A stretch of DNA of 32,000 nucleotides from Pseudodesulfovibrio mercurii. Lineage in GTDB: Bacteria > Desulfobacterota > Desulfovibrionia > Desulfovibrionales > Desulfovibrionaceae. The stretch is from positions 3,240,001 to 3,272,000 of the forward strand of contig NC_016803.1 in the NCBI RefSeq assembly GCF_000189295.2, read 5' to 3'. The notes beneath the pieces were generated by a model. It saw only the letters and a program-made list of their open reading frames with translations, was not told where the DNA came from and made no database searches. A program made the translations under genes and the position numbers. Within the stretch, counting starts at the first letter, position 1; every line of letters starts with the position of its first letter. Positions 1-10,418 of the stretch are shown here, one piece after another.

Positions 1-1
1 G

Positions 2-1617
2 ACCATCGGCCGCACCGGCCGGGTCTACTGCCTGGACAGCCAGGGCATCATGGTCGTGCACCACAAGCGCAGTCTGGTGGGCGTGGACATGTCCGGCATG
101 GCCTTCGTGCGCGAGCAGATCCGGCGCAGGCAGGGATACATGACCTACGAGTGGAAGGAGCCCCTGGAGGCCGAGACGCGGCCCAAGGCCGTGTACATGA
201 CCTATTTCGAGCCGTGGGACTGGATCATCTCGGCCTCGGCCTACCGCGAGGAGTTCGGCCAGCTGGTCAACATGGAGGACTTCCGCCAGCGCTTCTTCGA
301 GCTCCGCTCGGGCGAGTCGGGCTATCCCTTCGTCCTCGACTACAGCGGGTACCTGCTCCTGCACCCCTACCTGCTCGGGGTGCACTACAACGACTATGAC
401 TCGCCGGGGCTGCGGACCACGGCCGAGCGCATCGTGGCCGAGCGCAACGGGCACTTCGACTACATGTGGCGCAACCCGGGTGAGACCGCGCTGAAGAAGA
501 AGGTGGTCTATTTCAAGGACATCCCGGAACTGGGCTGGGTGGTGGCCTCGTCCAGCTACTACGAGGACTTCCAGAAGCCCCTCGACACCATCGGCTACGT
601 CATGCTCACGGCCCTGGCCGTGGCCGTGCTGCTCATGATCCCGGTCTCCTTCGGCATCGGCGCCCTGATCACCCGGCCCATCGCGACCCTTCAGGAGAGC
701 TTTTCCAGGGCCGCCGACGGCGACTTCTCCGTGCGCATGGAGCAGCACTCCCGCGACGAGCTCGGCCTCATGGCGGGCTATTTCAACGCCTTCATGGAGC
801 GGCTGACCGCCTACAGCAACGACCTGGAAAACGAGATCGCCCACCGCCGGGAGACCGAAAGGGAGCTCATCGCCATGGACCGGACCAAGACCATGTTCTT
901 GGCCTCGGCCTCCCACGAGCTGCGCACGCCGCTGACCTCCATCATCGGCTTCCTGCACCTCATGGAGAAGAATTTTAGGACCCGCTTCCTGCCCGTGCTC
1001 GGCCCCCTGGACCCGGTGGGCCGCCAGGCGCGCACCTTCGAGAAGAACTTGGCCGTCGTCCGCGTGGAGGCGGACCGGCTGGGCCGACTGGTCAACGACC
1101 TCCTGGACCTGAGCAAGATCGAGGCCGGGCGCATGGAGTGGCGCGAGAACATCCTGTCCGTGGACCTGGTCCTGCAACGGGCGGGCGAGGCCTCGGCCTC
1201 CCTGGCCGAGGACCGGCCCGGCGTGCGGCTGGTGGTCGAGCCCCTGACCGAACCCATGGGCATCCTGGCCGACGCGGACAGGGTCCACCAGGTGCTCATC
1301 AACCTGCTCAGCAACGCCTTCAAGAACACCGAGGCGGGCAGCGTGACCCTGTCCGCGGTGAGGACCGGGGCGGGCGCGACCTTTTCGGTCCGCGACACGG
1401 GCCGGGGCATCTCCGAGGACGAGCGGGAGAAGATCTTCGACCTCTTCTACCAGGGGCGGGACGAGAACAACCGCTCCACCCAGGTCCTGGGCACCGGGCT
1501 CGGGCTGTCCATCTGCCGACGGATAGTGGCCCACTACGGCAGTCGGCTGGAGGTGGATTCCGTGGTCGGGGAGGGGAGCTGTTTCCGCTTCACCATCCCT
1601 TTCGGGGAGCGCGAGCT

Positions 1618-1621
<4 letters not shown>
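2..1621 (+). CDS. Sensor histidine kinase with double Cache-like periplasmic region, TM, HAMP, HisKA and HATPase_c (5' end cut by window edge)
   Basis: The frame is open from nt 2 (TIGRTGRVYCLDSQGIMVVHH...), so the listed Met at 50 is internal. Two Cache-like modules are present (YMTYEWKEP...WDWIISASAYREEF and FDYMWRNPGE...GWVVASSSYYEDF). A TM segment (VMLTALAVAVLLMIPVSFGIGALI) and a HAMP domain (DGDFSVRMEQHSRDELGLMAGYFNAFMERL) follow. Kinase motifs: H-box SHELRTPLTSIIGF, N-box LLSNAFKNT, G-boxes DTGRGI and GTGLGLSI. Confidence 0.9.
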
Positions 1622-2820
<1,199 letters not shown>

Positions 2821-2925
2821 CTTTATTGCGGCTCCATGGATTCAGGGACCATTATGCTAGAATTACCGCATTTCGGATTCAGGAGCAAGGGACTCCGCAA
2901 GGTAATCCGGAGGGAGCCGCAGTGA

Positions 2926-3909
2926 TCACAGCCCCTTCCTGGGGTCGAAGTCCTGGCCGAGCGCGGCCGGGGCCTCGATGGACCAGCCTCTGGACAGGGC
3001 CTTGAGGAAGGGGTGGCGCCGGACGATGTCCTGGACCCAGCCCATGCGGCCCATGTTCACGGCCAGCAGGGTCAGGATCATCATGGGGAAGGGGGCCACC
3101 TGGAAGACCGGGGCCGGGATGGACGGGAAGATTTCCTGCAGATAGATGCCGGACACCTGCAGGGCGGCGAAGAAGAACGCGCCGAGCGCGGCCCGCACCG
3201 GGTGCCAGCCGCCGAAGATGACGATGGCCAGGGCGATCCAGCCCGCGCCCTCGCACCCCTGGGGCCGCCCCCAGCCCGGCTTTACGGCCAGGGAGTAGGC
3301 GCCTCCGGCCAAGCCCACCAGGGCTCCGCCCGCCAGGCAGTAATACAGCCGCACCAGGCGGACCCGGATGCCGCGCCCGAAGGCCGCGCGCGGGGATTCG
3401 CCCACGGCGCGCAGGCGCATGCCGCCCTCGGTGCGGTACATCCACCACCAGCAGAAGGCGACGGCCGCCAGGCTCAGGTAGACCACCGGGGACTGGGAGC
3501 CGAAGATCAGCCCCACGAAGGGCGCGTCGCCCAGGCCGGGGATGGTCCACAGGCCGAGGTCCGGTCCGGGCTGGCGCGAGAAGTTGTGGCCCAGGAAGTA
3601 GGCCAGGTCGCGGGAGAGCAGGGTCAGGATGAAGCCCACGGCCAGCTGGGACTGGCCCAGATAGATGCCGATGACGCCGAGCACGCCCGCGATGGCCGCG
3701 CCCACGGCCGCGCCCGCGACCATGCCGAGCCACGGGGAGTCGAAGGTGGCCGAGCAGGCGAAGGCGGCCATGGCGGACAGCAGGATGGAGCCGTCCAGGG
3801 ACAGGTTGATGATGCCCGCCTTCTCGGTCAGGGTCTCGCCCAGGGTGGCCAGCACCAGGGGCGCTCCGGCCATGAGGATGGCGGCGATGGTCAGGGCGAA
3901 GGTGTCCAT
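2926..3909 (-). CDS. ABC transporter permease, BMP/nucleoside-simple sugar type (second permease of the operon)
   Basis: Polytopic hydrophobic protein. The N-terminus (AAILMAGAPLVLATLGETLTEKAGIINLSLDGSILLSAM) is typical of YufQ/NupQ-type permeases. RBS GGAGGAG lies 6 nt upstream of the ATG at 3909. Confidence 0.9.
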   Translation of the reverse strand: MDTFALTIAAILMAGAPLVLATLGETLTEKAGIINLSLDGSILLSAMAAFACSATFDSPWLGMVAGAAVGAAIAGVLGVIGIYLGQSQLAVGFILTLLSRDLAYFLGHNFSRQPGPDLGLWTIPGLGDAPFVGLIFGSQSPVVYLSLAAVAFCWWWMYRTEGGMRLRAVGESPRAAFGRGIRVRLVRLYYCLAGGALVGLAGGAYSLAVKPGWGRPQGCEGAGWIALAIVIFGGWHPVRAALGAFFFAALQVSGIYLQEIFPSIPAPVFQVAPFPMMILTLLAVNMGRMGWVQDIVRRHPFLKALSRGWSIEAPAALGQDFDPRKGL

Positions 3910-4057
3910 CAGCTTCTCCTCCGGGCCGCGCCCTCAAGCTCGCCGTGCTGAAAAACGCGGTTTCCGGCCTGCTCCGCCGCCATCGGCCGCGCATCGGCCC
4001 GTTCCGGCCGCCGTGACGCCGCATTGAAAATGGACGCGATAAAGGATGGATGCGGCA

Positions 4058-5101
4058 TCAATCCGCCTCCTTGCGTTGCTTCAGCCACAACCGCAGCCCC
4101 TGCACGATGAACAGCGACAGGACCATGATGCCCTGGATCACGCCGGACAGGGAGGAGTCCAGGTTGAGTTGCAGGGGCAGCTGGATGGAGCCCACGTTGA
4201 GGATGGCGAAGAACAGGCAGATGAACGGCACGAGCGGCAGGCGGAAGGAGGCCATCATGCCCACCAGCAGGGCGGTGTAGCCGTAGCCGGAGGAGATGTT
4301 CGGCAGCAGGCGGTGGTAGACGCTCAGGACCTGGGTGGCCCCGGCCAGTCCGGCCAGGCCGCCGCAGAGCATGAAGGCCTGGAGCAGGCGGCGGCGCGGG
4401 CCCAGGGCGAACAGGGTGGCGGCCTTGGGGTTCTCGCCCACGGCGCGCATCTTGAGCCCCCATTTGGTGCGGTGGAGCAGGATGTAGACCAGCAGGATGG
4501 CGGCGAGCGCCAGGACCAGCCCCACCCAGCTGACGGACAGGGTGCCGAGCCGGGGCAGCCACAGGGAGACGTCCAGGGGCTCGGTCCCGGACATGGAGGC
4601 CACGCCGGGCCGCTTCCACGGGCCGAAGATGAGCCACAGGATCACGCCCATGGCCACGAAGTTGAGCCCCAGGCCGGAAAAGATCTCGTGCACCCGGCCG
4701 AAGACACGCAGCAGCCCGGAGAGCAGGGCCCAGAAGGCGCCGCCCAGGATGGACGCGGCCAGGGCCAGGAGGATGACCCCCGCGCCGCCGCCGTCGCCGA
4801 AGGGGCGCAGGGCCGCGGTGCAGAAGATGGCCCCCATGATGACCTGGCCCTCCACGCCGATGTTCCACAGCCGGGCCGTGAACGGGATGAGCAGCCCCAC
4901 GGAGCACAGGGTCAGGGGCACCCAGCCCGCGAGCACGCGGCCGACCTTGGACCAGGAGCTCAGGCCGCCCTGGAAGAGCACGTAGATGGTCTTGAACGGC
5001 GGAGCCCCGGCGGGCAGGGCCACGATCACGGTCAGGACCAGGGCCAGGACCAGGGCCAGGGCGAGCCAGCCCATCTGGGTCAGGAGGGAATCGCGGTTCA
5101 C
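4058..5101 (-). CDS. ABC transporter permease, BMP/nucleoside-simple sugar type (first permease)
   Basis: Only the C-terminal ~340 aa of the 746-aa track ORF is membrane-protein-like (WLALALVLALVLTVIV...FTARLWNIGVEGQVIMGAIF...). The rest is the out-of-frame shadow of the ATPase gene. GTG at 5101 overlaps the ATPase stop (GTGA). An alternative ATG lies at 5074. Confidence 0.85.
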   Translation of the reverse strand: MNRDSLLTQMGWLALALVLALVLTVIVALPAGAPPFKTIYVLFQGGLSSWSKVGRVLAGWVPLTLCSVGLLIPFTARLWNIGVEGQVIMGAIFCTAALRPFGDGGGAGVILLALAASILGGAFWALLSGLLRVFGRVHEIFSGLGLNFVAMGVILWLIFGPWKRPGVASMSGTEPLDVSLWLPRLGTLSVSWVGLVLALAAILLVYILLHRTKWGLKMRAVGENPKAATLFALGPRRRLLQAFMLCGGLAGLAGATQVLSVYHRLLPNISSGYGYTALLVGMMASFRLPLVPFICLFFAILNVGSIQLPLQLNLDSSLSGVIQGIMVLSLFIVQGLRLWLKQRKEAD

Positions 5102-6576
5102 GCCCGTTCCTCCTTGAGTTCGTCGTATCGCTTGCCGGCCATGAGCGCGCCGACCACCTCCATGGAGATGTCCGCGCCCTCGACCACGGCGGCCAGGGCC
5201 CGGTCGTAGAAGACGATGACCCGGTGGCTGTGCTCCAGGACCTCCTCGAGGTCCGGGGAGAAGAAGATCAGGGTGGCCCCGTCCGCGCAGCGCCGCTTGA
5301 GGTGGTTCCAGACCTGCCGGGCCGAGCCCGCGTCCAGGCCGCGCGTGGGGTGCTCCATGAGCAGGAGCCGGGTCCGGTCCGGGATGAGCGACAGGAGCAG
5401 CCGCTGCTGGTTGCCGCCGGACAGCTCCACGGCGCGGGTGTCCGGGTGGGCCTGGAGATTGAACTTGTCCACGCACTGGGAGCGGTAGAATTCGGTCAGG
5501 TCGCCGTCCCGGTCGGGGAAGGCCAGGGTGATGTGCTCCATGAGGTTCAGGTCCGGGAACAGGGCCAGGCCCAGGCGGTCGGCGGGTACGAACTGCACCC
5601 CGGCCCGGCGCAGGGCCCTGAAGTCGTTGGCCGCGAAGCGGGTCCCGTCCAGGTCGAAGCCGCCGCCGGGCATGCGGTCCAGGCCGCACAGGCCGCGCAG
5701 GAAGAGTTCCTGGCCCGAGCCGTCGAGTCCGGCCAGGCCGATGCACTCGCCCGGCCGGGCCGTGAAATTCAGTCCACCCATGGAGTACTTGGGCCCGGCG
5801 AAGAGCACGTCGTGCATGGCCAGGCGGGGCGTGTCCGTGGCCGGGGGCAGTTCGGGCAGGGGCTCCACCTCGCCGTCGGCGGCCTCGCCGAACATGAGGT
5901 GGACCAGCTCGTGCTCGTCGTAGGGCGGGGTCAGGGTCCCGACCAGCCGCCCCTGGCGCATGATGAAGATGGAGTCGGCCATCTCGAAGGCCTCGGACAG
6001 CTTGTGGGTCACGAGCACGATGGTGTGGCCCTCTTCGCGGGCCAGCTTCATGAGCAGGTCGAAGAGGTCCTGCTTCTGCTCCGGGGTGATGCCGGTGGTC
6101 GGCTCGTCCAGGATCAGGGTAGTGGCCCCGAGGTCGAGCAGGCGCAGGAGTTCGAGGAGCTGGCGTTCGCCCACGGTCAGGCTGGAGACCGGCTCGTCGG
6201 GCAGGAAGCAGGCGTCCAGGCGGAAGGACAGCTCGCCGATGACGTCCACGACCTCCTTTTTGCTGCGTCTGGGGGCGCCCAGCTGGAAGTTCTCCCACAC
6301 GGGCATGGCCGGGAAGTCCAGCGGGTCCTGGTAGAGCATGCCCACGCCCTTTTCCCGGGCCAGGGCCGGGGTCAGGTGGGTCAGGGTCTCGCCGCCGATG
6401 GTAAGCTCCCCGGACGTGGGCCGGGTGTGTCCGGCGAGCACGCGCATGAGCGTGGACTTGCCCGCGCCGTTCTCGCCGACCAGGGCATAGATGCGGCCGG
6501 GTTCGAGGGTCAGGCTGATGCCGTCGTTGGCCCGAACCCGGCCGTAGTGCTTATGTATGTCGTGTAAGACGATCAT
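5098..6576 (-). CDS. ABC transporter ATP-binding protein with duplicated ATPase domains
   Basis: Walker A GENGAGKST, signature LTVGERQ, and Walker B ILDEPT in domain 1. The second domain has a degenerate P-loop (GLDGSGQ), LSGGNQQ and LLMEHPT. This is the RbsA/NupO-like architecture. Confidence 0.95.
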   Translation of the reverse strand: MIVLHDIHKHYGRVRANDGISLTLEPGRIYALVGENGAGKSTLMRVLAGHTRPTSGELTIGGETLTHLTPALAREKGVGMLYQDPLDFPAMPVWENFQLGAPRRSKKEVVDVIGELSFRLDACFLPDEPVSSLTVGERQLLELLRLLDLGATTLILDEPTTGITPEQKQDLFDLLMKLAREEGHTIVLVTHKLSEAFEMADSIFIMRQGRLVGTLTPPYDEHELVHLMFGEAADGEVEPLPELPPATDTPRLAMHDVLFAGPKYSMGGLNFTARPGECIGLAGLDGSGQELFLRGLCGLDRMPGGGFDLDGTRFAANDFRALRRAGVQFVPADRLGLALFPDLNLMEHITLAFPDRDGDLTEFYRSQCVDKFNLQAHPDTRAVELSGGNQQRLLLSLIPDRTRLLLMEHPTRGLDAGSARQVWNHLKRRCADGATLIFFSPDLEEVLEHSHRVIVFYDRALAAVVEGADISMEVVGALMAGKRYDELKEERA

Positions 6577-6578
6577 CC

Positions 6579-7754
6579 CTATTCGGGGGAGGACAGTCCT
6601 TCCATGCCCTCAAGCAGCTGCTGCATGTACCAGATCTGCTTGTCGGTGGCCTTTTCCCCGGCCTTCAGGAACGGGGTGCCGTCCTGGTAGTTGAGGGGAC
6701 CGGTGAACAGGTCCACTTCGCCGGAGCCGAGCTTGGCGATGAACGCGTCCAGGGCGGCCTTGACCTCGGGGGTCACGCCGGGGCCGGGCATGAAGCCCAC
6801 CGGGGACTCGTCCGGGTTGTTGTAGTCGGCCCAGTAGGGGGCGTCCCACTCGAAGGCGGGCTTGTAGGTCCCGGCGGCCACGGTCTTGGCCAGCTTCAGG
6901 AAGCCGGGGCCCCAGTTGAAGTAGGGCACGCCCAGGCAGATGTCGCCCTGGCCCTCGCAGGCCTTCTCGTAGTCGTAGGGCAGGGCCCAGACCTTCTTGC
7001 CCGCGTCGGCGCGCTGCTTGGCCACGACCACGTTGTCCGGGGTGTCGATGCCGGAGATGACCACGTCGTAACCGGCGTCATACAGGGAACCGGCCACCTG
7101 GGTGGGGTCGGCGGTCACGCCGGGGATGTTGAACCAGAAGCCGATCCACTTGACGTTGAAGGTCAGGTCCTTGGCGTCCTTGCCGCGCACCTCGGTCCAG
7201 GCGTAGCGCGCGCCCAGGTAGGCGGCGGACATGAGGCGGCGGGTCTCCTCGTTGATCAGCGGGCCGACCACGCCGATCTTGCCGGTCTGGGTGGTCATGG
7301 CTGCGGTGAATCCGGCGAGCATCTTGGAGTAGATCATCTTGCCGAACAGGTTGCCCAGGTTGGCCGGGGCCTTGCCGGTCCAGGCGGCGTCGCCGGACAC
7401 GTGCACGAAAATCTTGTCGGGGTGCTGGGCGGCGGCTTCGAGGATGCCGTCCTTCATGTCGTCGGAACCGGCGATGATCAGGTCGGCGCCCTTTTCGATC
7501 AGGTCGTCGGCCACCTGCGGGATGGTCAGTCCGGGCCGGTCGGCCGGGTTGACCTTGTCGAGGTAGATCAGCTTGGCGCCGTCCATGTGGGCCTCGACGT
7601 ACTTGCCGCCCTCATACTGGGCCTGGCTGTAGCCCTTGTCGTTGTAGGGGCCGACCAGGATCAGGCCGATGGTGAAATCCTTGGCGAAAGCCAGTCCGGA
7701 CATGAGCAGGAGCGCGCTCAGGACCAGGGCGGGCAACATGGTGATACGTTTCAT
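6579..7754 (-). CDS. BMP-family ABC transporter substrate-binding protein (exported)
   Basis: The start was moved to ATG 7754 (MKRITMLPALVLSALLLMSGLAFAKD is a signal peptide), preceded by GGAGGAGAGG. The mature protein has BMP/PnrA-like features (FTIGLILVGPYNDKGYSQ..., IIAGSDD, VVGPLINEETRR). The 43 codons upstream in the track ORF are Arg/Pro/His-rich and look non-coding. Confidence 0.9.
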   Translation of the reverse strand: MKRITMLPALVLSALLLMSGLAFAKDFTIGLILVGPYNDKGYSQAQYEGGKYVEAHMDGAKLIYLDKVNPADRPGLTIPQVADDLIEKGADLIIAGSDDMKDGILEAAAQHPDKIFVHVSGDAAWTGKAPANLGNLFGKMIYSKMLAGFTAAMTTQTGKIGVVGPLINEETRRLMSAAYLGARYAWTEVRGKDAKDLTFNVKWIGFWFNIPGVTADPTQVAGSLYDAGYDVVISGIDTPDNVVVAKQRADAGKKVWALPYDYEKACEGQGDICLGVPYFNWGPGFLKLAKTVAAGTYKPAFEWDAPYWADYNNPDESPVGFMPGPGVTPEVKAALDAFIAKLGSGEVDLFTGPLNYQDGTPFLKAGEKATDKQIWYMQQLLEGMEGLSSPE

Positions 7755-7994
7755 CCTCTCCTCCAGATTCGGTGCCCGCCCGTGACGGTGCGCGGCGGTG
7801 TGCTGCGGGCTGTTTCGGTGGCGCGGCCCCGGATGGGGCCCGCAAAAAAAACGGCGGGAACGGTGTAGCCGACGCTCCCGCAAAAGTCTATTCTTGGATT
7901 AGAAGCCGGGGTCGTGTCAACCGCTTGTTGACCGGTCCGCAAGTCGATGCGCCGGCCGCCGGAGGGCCCGGCCCGTCGGCACGACGCGGAATAC

Positions 7995-8023
7995 TTGACC
8001 TCGGCCTTCGGATGTTCTATCTA
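7995..8023 (+). promoter_or_regulatory. Candidate sigma70-type promoter for the greA leader
   Basis: TTGACC (7995-8000), a 17-nt spacer, then TATCTA (8018-8023). It lies in the divergent intergenic region between the ABC operon and greA. Motif match only. Confidence 0.4.
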
Positions 8024-8049
8024 ATGACCCGTCAGCTGGATTGACGAAT

Positions 8050-8096
8050 ATGCAGCCGCGCAGCTTTTCATGGATGCGCGGCCTGTATCTTTTTTT
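8050..8096 (+). terminator. Intrinsic-terminator-like hairpin plus U-tract inside the greA 5' leader (attenuator or short leader RNA)
   Basis: A 13-bp stem pairs 8050-8062 with 8075-8088. It includes a perfect GC-rich 8-bp core (GCCGCGCA/TGCGCGGC), one bulge and a 12-nt loop. It is followed by C plus T7 (8090-8096), 42 nt before the greA ATG. Confidence 0.55.
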
Positions 8097-8138
8097 ACTG
8101 TCCGACTGTGAATTCATTTTTTAGTGAGGTTTTTGAAC

Positions 8139-8633
8139 ATGGATCGCATTCCCATTTCGAAACAGGGATTTGAAAAGATCTCCCAGGAACTTGAGGACCT
8201 CAAGGCCCAGCGTCCGGCCATCATCCAGGCCATCGCCGAGGCGCGCGCGGAAGGCGACCTCTCCGAGAACGCCGGTTACGACGCCGCCCGCGAGCGCCAG
8301 GGCATGCTCGAAGCGCGCATCTCCTACATCAACTCGCACATGCCGTTGTTCGACGTGCTCGACCTGGACGCCCTGTCCGGTGAACGGGCCATATTCGGCG
8401 CCACCGTGGAGGTCGAGGACATCGACACCGAGGAGCGGCGCACCTTCACCCTGCTCGGCCCGGACGACGCGGACCACAAGAAGGGCTCCATCTCCGTGCT
8501 CTCCCCCATGGGCCAGGCGATCCTGGGCAAGGAAGAGGGCGACGAGGTCATCGTGGACGCCCCGCGCGGCCGCATCGAGTACGAGATCGTCTCCGTCCAG
8601 TTCCTCGGCGTCGCCGGACTGGGCTTCAAGTAG
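8139..8633 (+). CDS. greA: Transcription elongation factor GreA
   Basis: MDRIPISKQGFEKISQELEDLKAQRPAIIQAIAEARAEGDLSENAGYDAARERQ is the canonical GreA coiled-coil with the acidic tip. The C-terminal domain carries ISVLSPMGQAILGKEEGDEV. The ATG at 8139 has GAGG 9 nt upstream. The GTG at 8124 in the track is less likely. Confidence 0.95.
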   Translation: MDRIPISKQGFEKISQELEDLKAQRPAIIQAIAEARAEGDLSENAGYDAARERQGMLEARISYINSHMPLFDVLDLDALSGERAIFGATVEVEDIDTEERRTFTLLGPDDADHKKGSISVLSPMGQAILGKEEGDEVIVDAPRGRIEYEIVSVQFLGVAGLGFK

Positions 8634-8661
8634 CGTTCGTCCGCGTTCATCGCACAACCCC

Positions 8662-8692
8662 GCCCCGTCGTCTCCCGGCGACGGGGCGTTTT
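8662..8692 (+). terminator. Weak terminator-like hairpin after greA
   Basis: GCCCCGTCG (8662-8670) pairs with CGACGGGGC (8679-8687) around an 8-nt loop, followed by GTTTTC. The U-tract is short and the hairpin abuts the next ATG at 8697. Confidence 0.3.
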
Positions 8693-8696
8693 CATC

Positions 8697-9473
8697 ATGC
8701 AGCCCACACCCGTCCGCCTTACCGGGGAGTTCGACCCCTCCGCCGCCTGCCGGGGCGGGTGCGCCCGCTGCGGCCGGGAGCACGTTCTGCCCGTGGGCCC
8801 GGCCCGCGCGCCCGCCCTCGACCTGTTCGAGCGGCTGACCCGCGAGAAGCGCATCGATTTCGAGGCGGCCGAGCCCGACCCCAGGTTCTCCACGGACTAC
8901 TTGTTCGGCGAGGCGGGCGGCCAGATGTTCGGCGTGCTCGCGGCCCGCGACCGCTCGGGCGCGACCGTCGTGCTCAAGGCCTTCTCCGGCCAGTACAACT
9001 CGGTCTGGGACGTGGACGGCTGGGCCCCGCCGCTCCTGGACACGGCCCGCTTCCGGGCCGACACCTTCGAGGCCGAACAGCGCATCAAGGCCATGGGGAG
9101 GGAGATCGCCGGGATGCCCCACGGGTCGCCCGCGCGCGACCTGCTGATCTACCGGCGCAGACAGGCGTCCGCCGCCCTGATGCAAGAGATTCACGCCATG
9201 TACCGGCTGCCCAATTTCCGGGGCGAGACCGTGCCCCTGCCCCTGGCCGTGCACCCGGCGGGCAACCCGCCCACGGGCACGGGCGACTGTTGCGCGCCCA
9301 AGCTCCTGGGCTGGGTCGCCACCCACGGGCTGACCCCGCTCGGCCTGGCCGAGTTCTACTTCGGCCGGACCAACCGCTCGGGCTCGAAGGAGCACGGCCG
9401 GTTCTATCCGTCCTGCCTGGACAAGTGCGGCCGCATTCTGGGTTTCATGCTCTGCGGCCTGGAGGGCGCATGA
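8697..9473 (+). CDS. Conserved hypothetical Cys-rich protein, translationally coupled to the RluA-type synthase
   Basis: 258-aa ORF with coding-like GC3. Cys motifs: CRGGCARC near the N-terminus, then GDCCAPKLL and SCLDKCGRILGFMLC near the C-terminus. Its stop overlaps the rluA ATG (ATGA at 9470-9473). I do not recognise a named family with confidence. Confidence 0.75.
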   Translation: MQPTPVRLTGEFDPSAACRGGCARCGREHVLPVGPARAPALDLFERLTREKRIDFEAAEPDPRFSTDYLFGEAGGQMFGVLAARDRSGATVVLKAFSGQYNSVWDVDGWAPPLLDTARFRADTFEAEQRIKAMGREIAGMPHGSPARDLLIYRRRQASAALMQEIHAMYRLPNFRGETVPLPLAVHPAGNPPTGTGDCCAPKLLGWVATHGLTPLGLAEFYFGRTNRSGSKEHGRFYPSCLDKCGRILGFMLCGLEGA

Positions 9474-10114
9474 CCCCGGCCGACGACCTGAGGATCGTCT
9501 ACGAGGACGCGGTCGTCGTGGTCGTGGACAAGCCGTCCGGCCTGCTGTCCGTGCCGGGCAAGGGCGAGGCCAACCAGGACTGCGTGGTCGCCCGGGTCAA
9601 GGCCCGCCACCCCGGCTGCATCGATCAGCCCTCGGTCCACCGCCTGGACCAGGACACCTCGGGCCTGCTCGTCCTGGCATTGAGCGCCGAGGCCCACCGC
9701 GACCTGTCCGGCCAGTTCATGGACCGGCTGGTGGGCAAGCGGTACGTGGCCCTCATCGACGGCGTGGTGGAAGGACAGGGCGGGATCATCGAGCTGAAGT
9801 TCCGCCTGGACCCGGACAACCGCCCGTACCAGGTCTACGACCCGGTGAACGGCAAGCGCGGCGTGACCCGCTGGCGCAAATTGTCCGTGGAGGACGGCCG
9901 CACCCGCGTGGAGTTCATGCCGCACACCGGCCGGACCCACCAGCTGCGCCTGCACTCGGCCCATGAAAAGGGGCTCGGACTGCCCATCGTCGGCGACCGC
10001 CTTTACGGCACCGGCACCGGACCGGGCCAGCTCAAGCTTCACGCCTCGCTGCTGCGCTTCCGCCACCCCGTGACCCGCGCGCCCCTGGAATTCGTCTCCG
10101 CGCCCCCGTTCTGA
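9470..10114 (+). CDS. rluA: RluA-family pseudouridine synthase
   Basis: VVVVDKPSGLLSVPG, the catalytic-Asp motif HRLDQDTSGLLVLA, GRTHQLRLH and IVGDRLYG. Length and motif order parallel E. coli RluA. The real start is the ATG at 9470, not the 451-aa track ORF. Confidence 0.9.
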   Translation: MTPADDLRIVYEDAVVVVVDKPSGLLSVPGKGEANQDCVVARVKARHPGCIDQPSVHRLDQDTSGLLVLALSAEAHRDLSGQFMDRLVGKRYVALIDGVVEGQGGIIELKFRLDPDNRPYQVYDPVNGKRGVTRWRKLSVEDGRTRVEFMPHTGRTHQLRLHSAHEKGLGLPIVGDRLYGTGTGPGQLKLHASLLRFRHPVTRAPLEFVSAPPF

Positions 10115-10418
10115 GCCGCGTCCGCCGGTATCAGGTCGGAGCGCGCGGAATACCATTTTTGTGCTTTTTCTCCGGACCGGATCGCCGGGCCCGTCGCGCC
10201 CCTCGAAGTGTCCCAGGTTACGGCATTTTTTTCTTTGCATTTCCGTCAACCCCTTTCTGAACGATATGACATGGTTGTGAAAAAATATGATTTTTTTTGC
10301 AAAATTGTCATCGCGAAAGACCCAAAAAAGGGTATTAAACTACATTTTCGTAGTAAAATACGCCCCCGCAAGAAATGCGTTCCGCGTATCTGCCTGGATA
10401 TACGCTCTTTTCATTGTT

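Noticed and set aside
5102-6298. N-terminal 400 residues of the 746-aa track ORF 4058-6298(-). The same kind of upstream extension occurs in ORFs 6579-7883, 18518-21013, 20956-21645, 21024-22187, 22072-24279, 26232-27218, 27646-28647, 28218-30254 and 29438-30799
   Set aside because: The extensions overlap the preceding real gene in another frame and look non-proteinaceous. Internal starts with an RBS, a signal peptide or ATGA/GTGA coupling give products of the expected family length.
7751-8117. Small minus-strand ORFs (63 aa and 66 aa) in the ABC-operon/greA intergenic region
   Set aside because: They have no RBS, their composition is basic and low-complexity, and they overlap the predicted divergent promoters and the greA leader hairpin.
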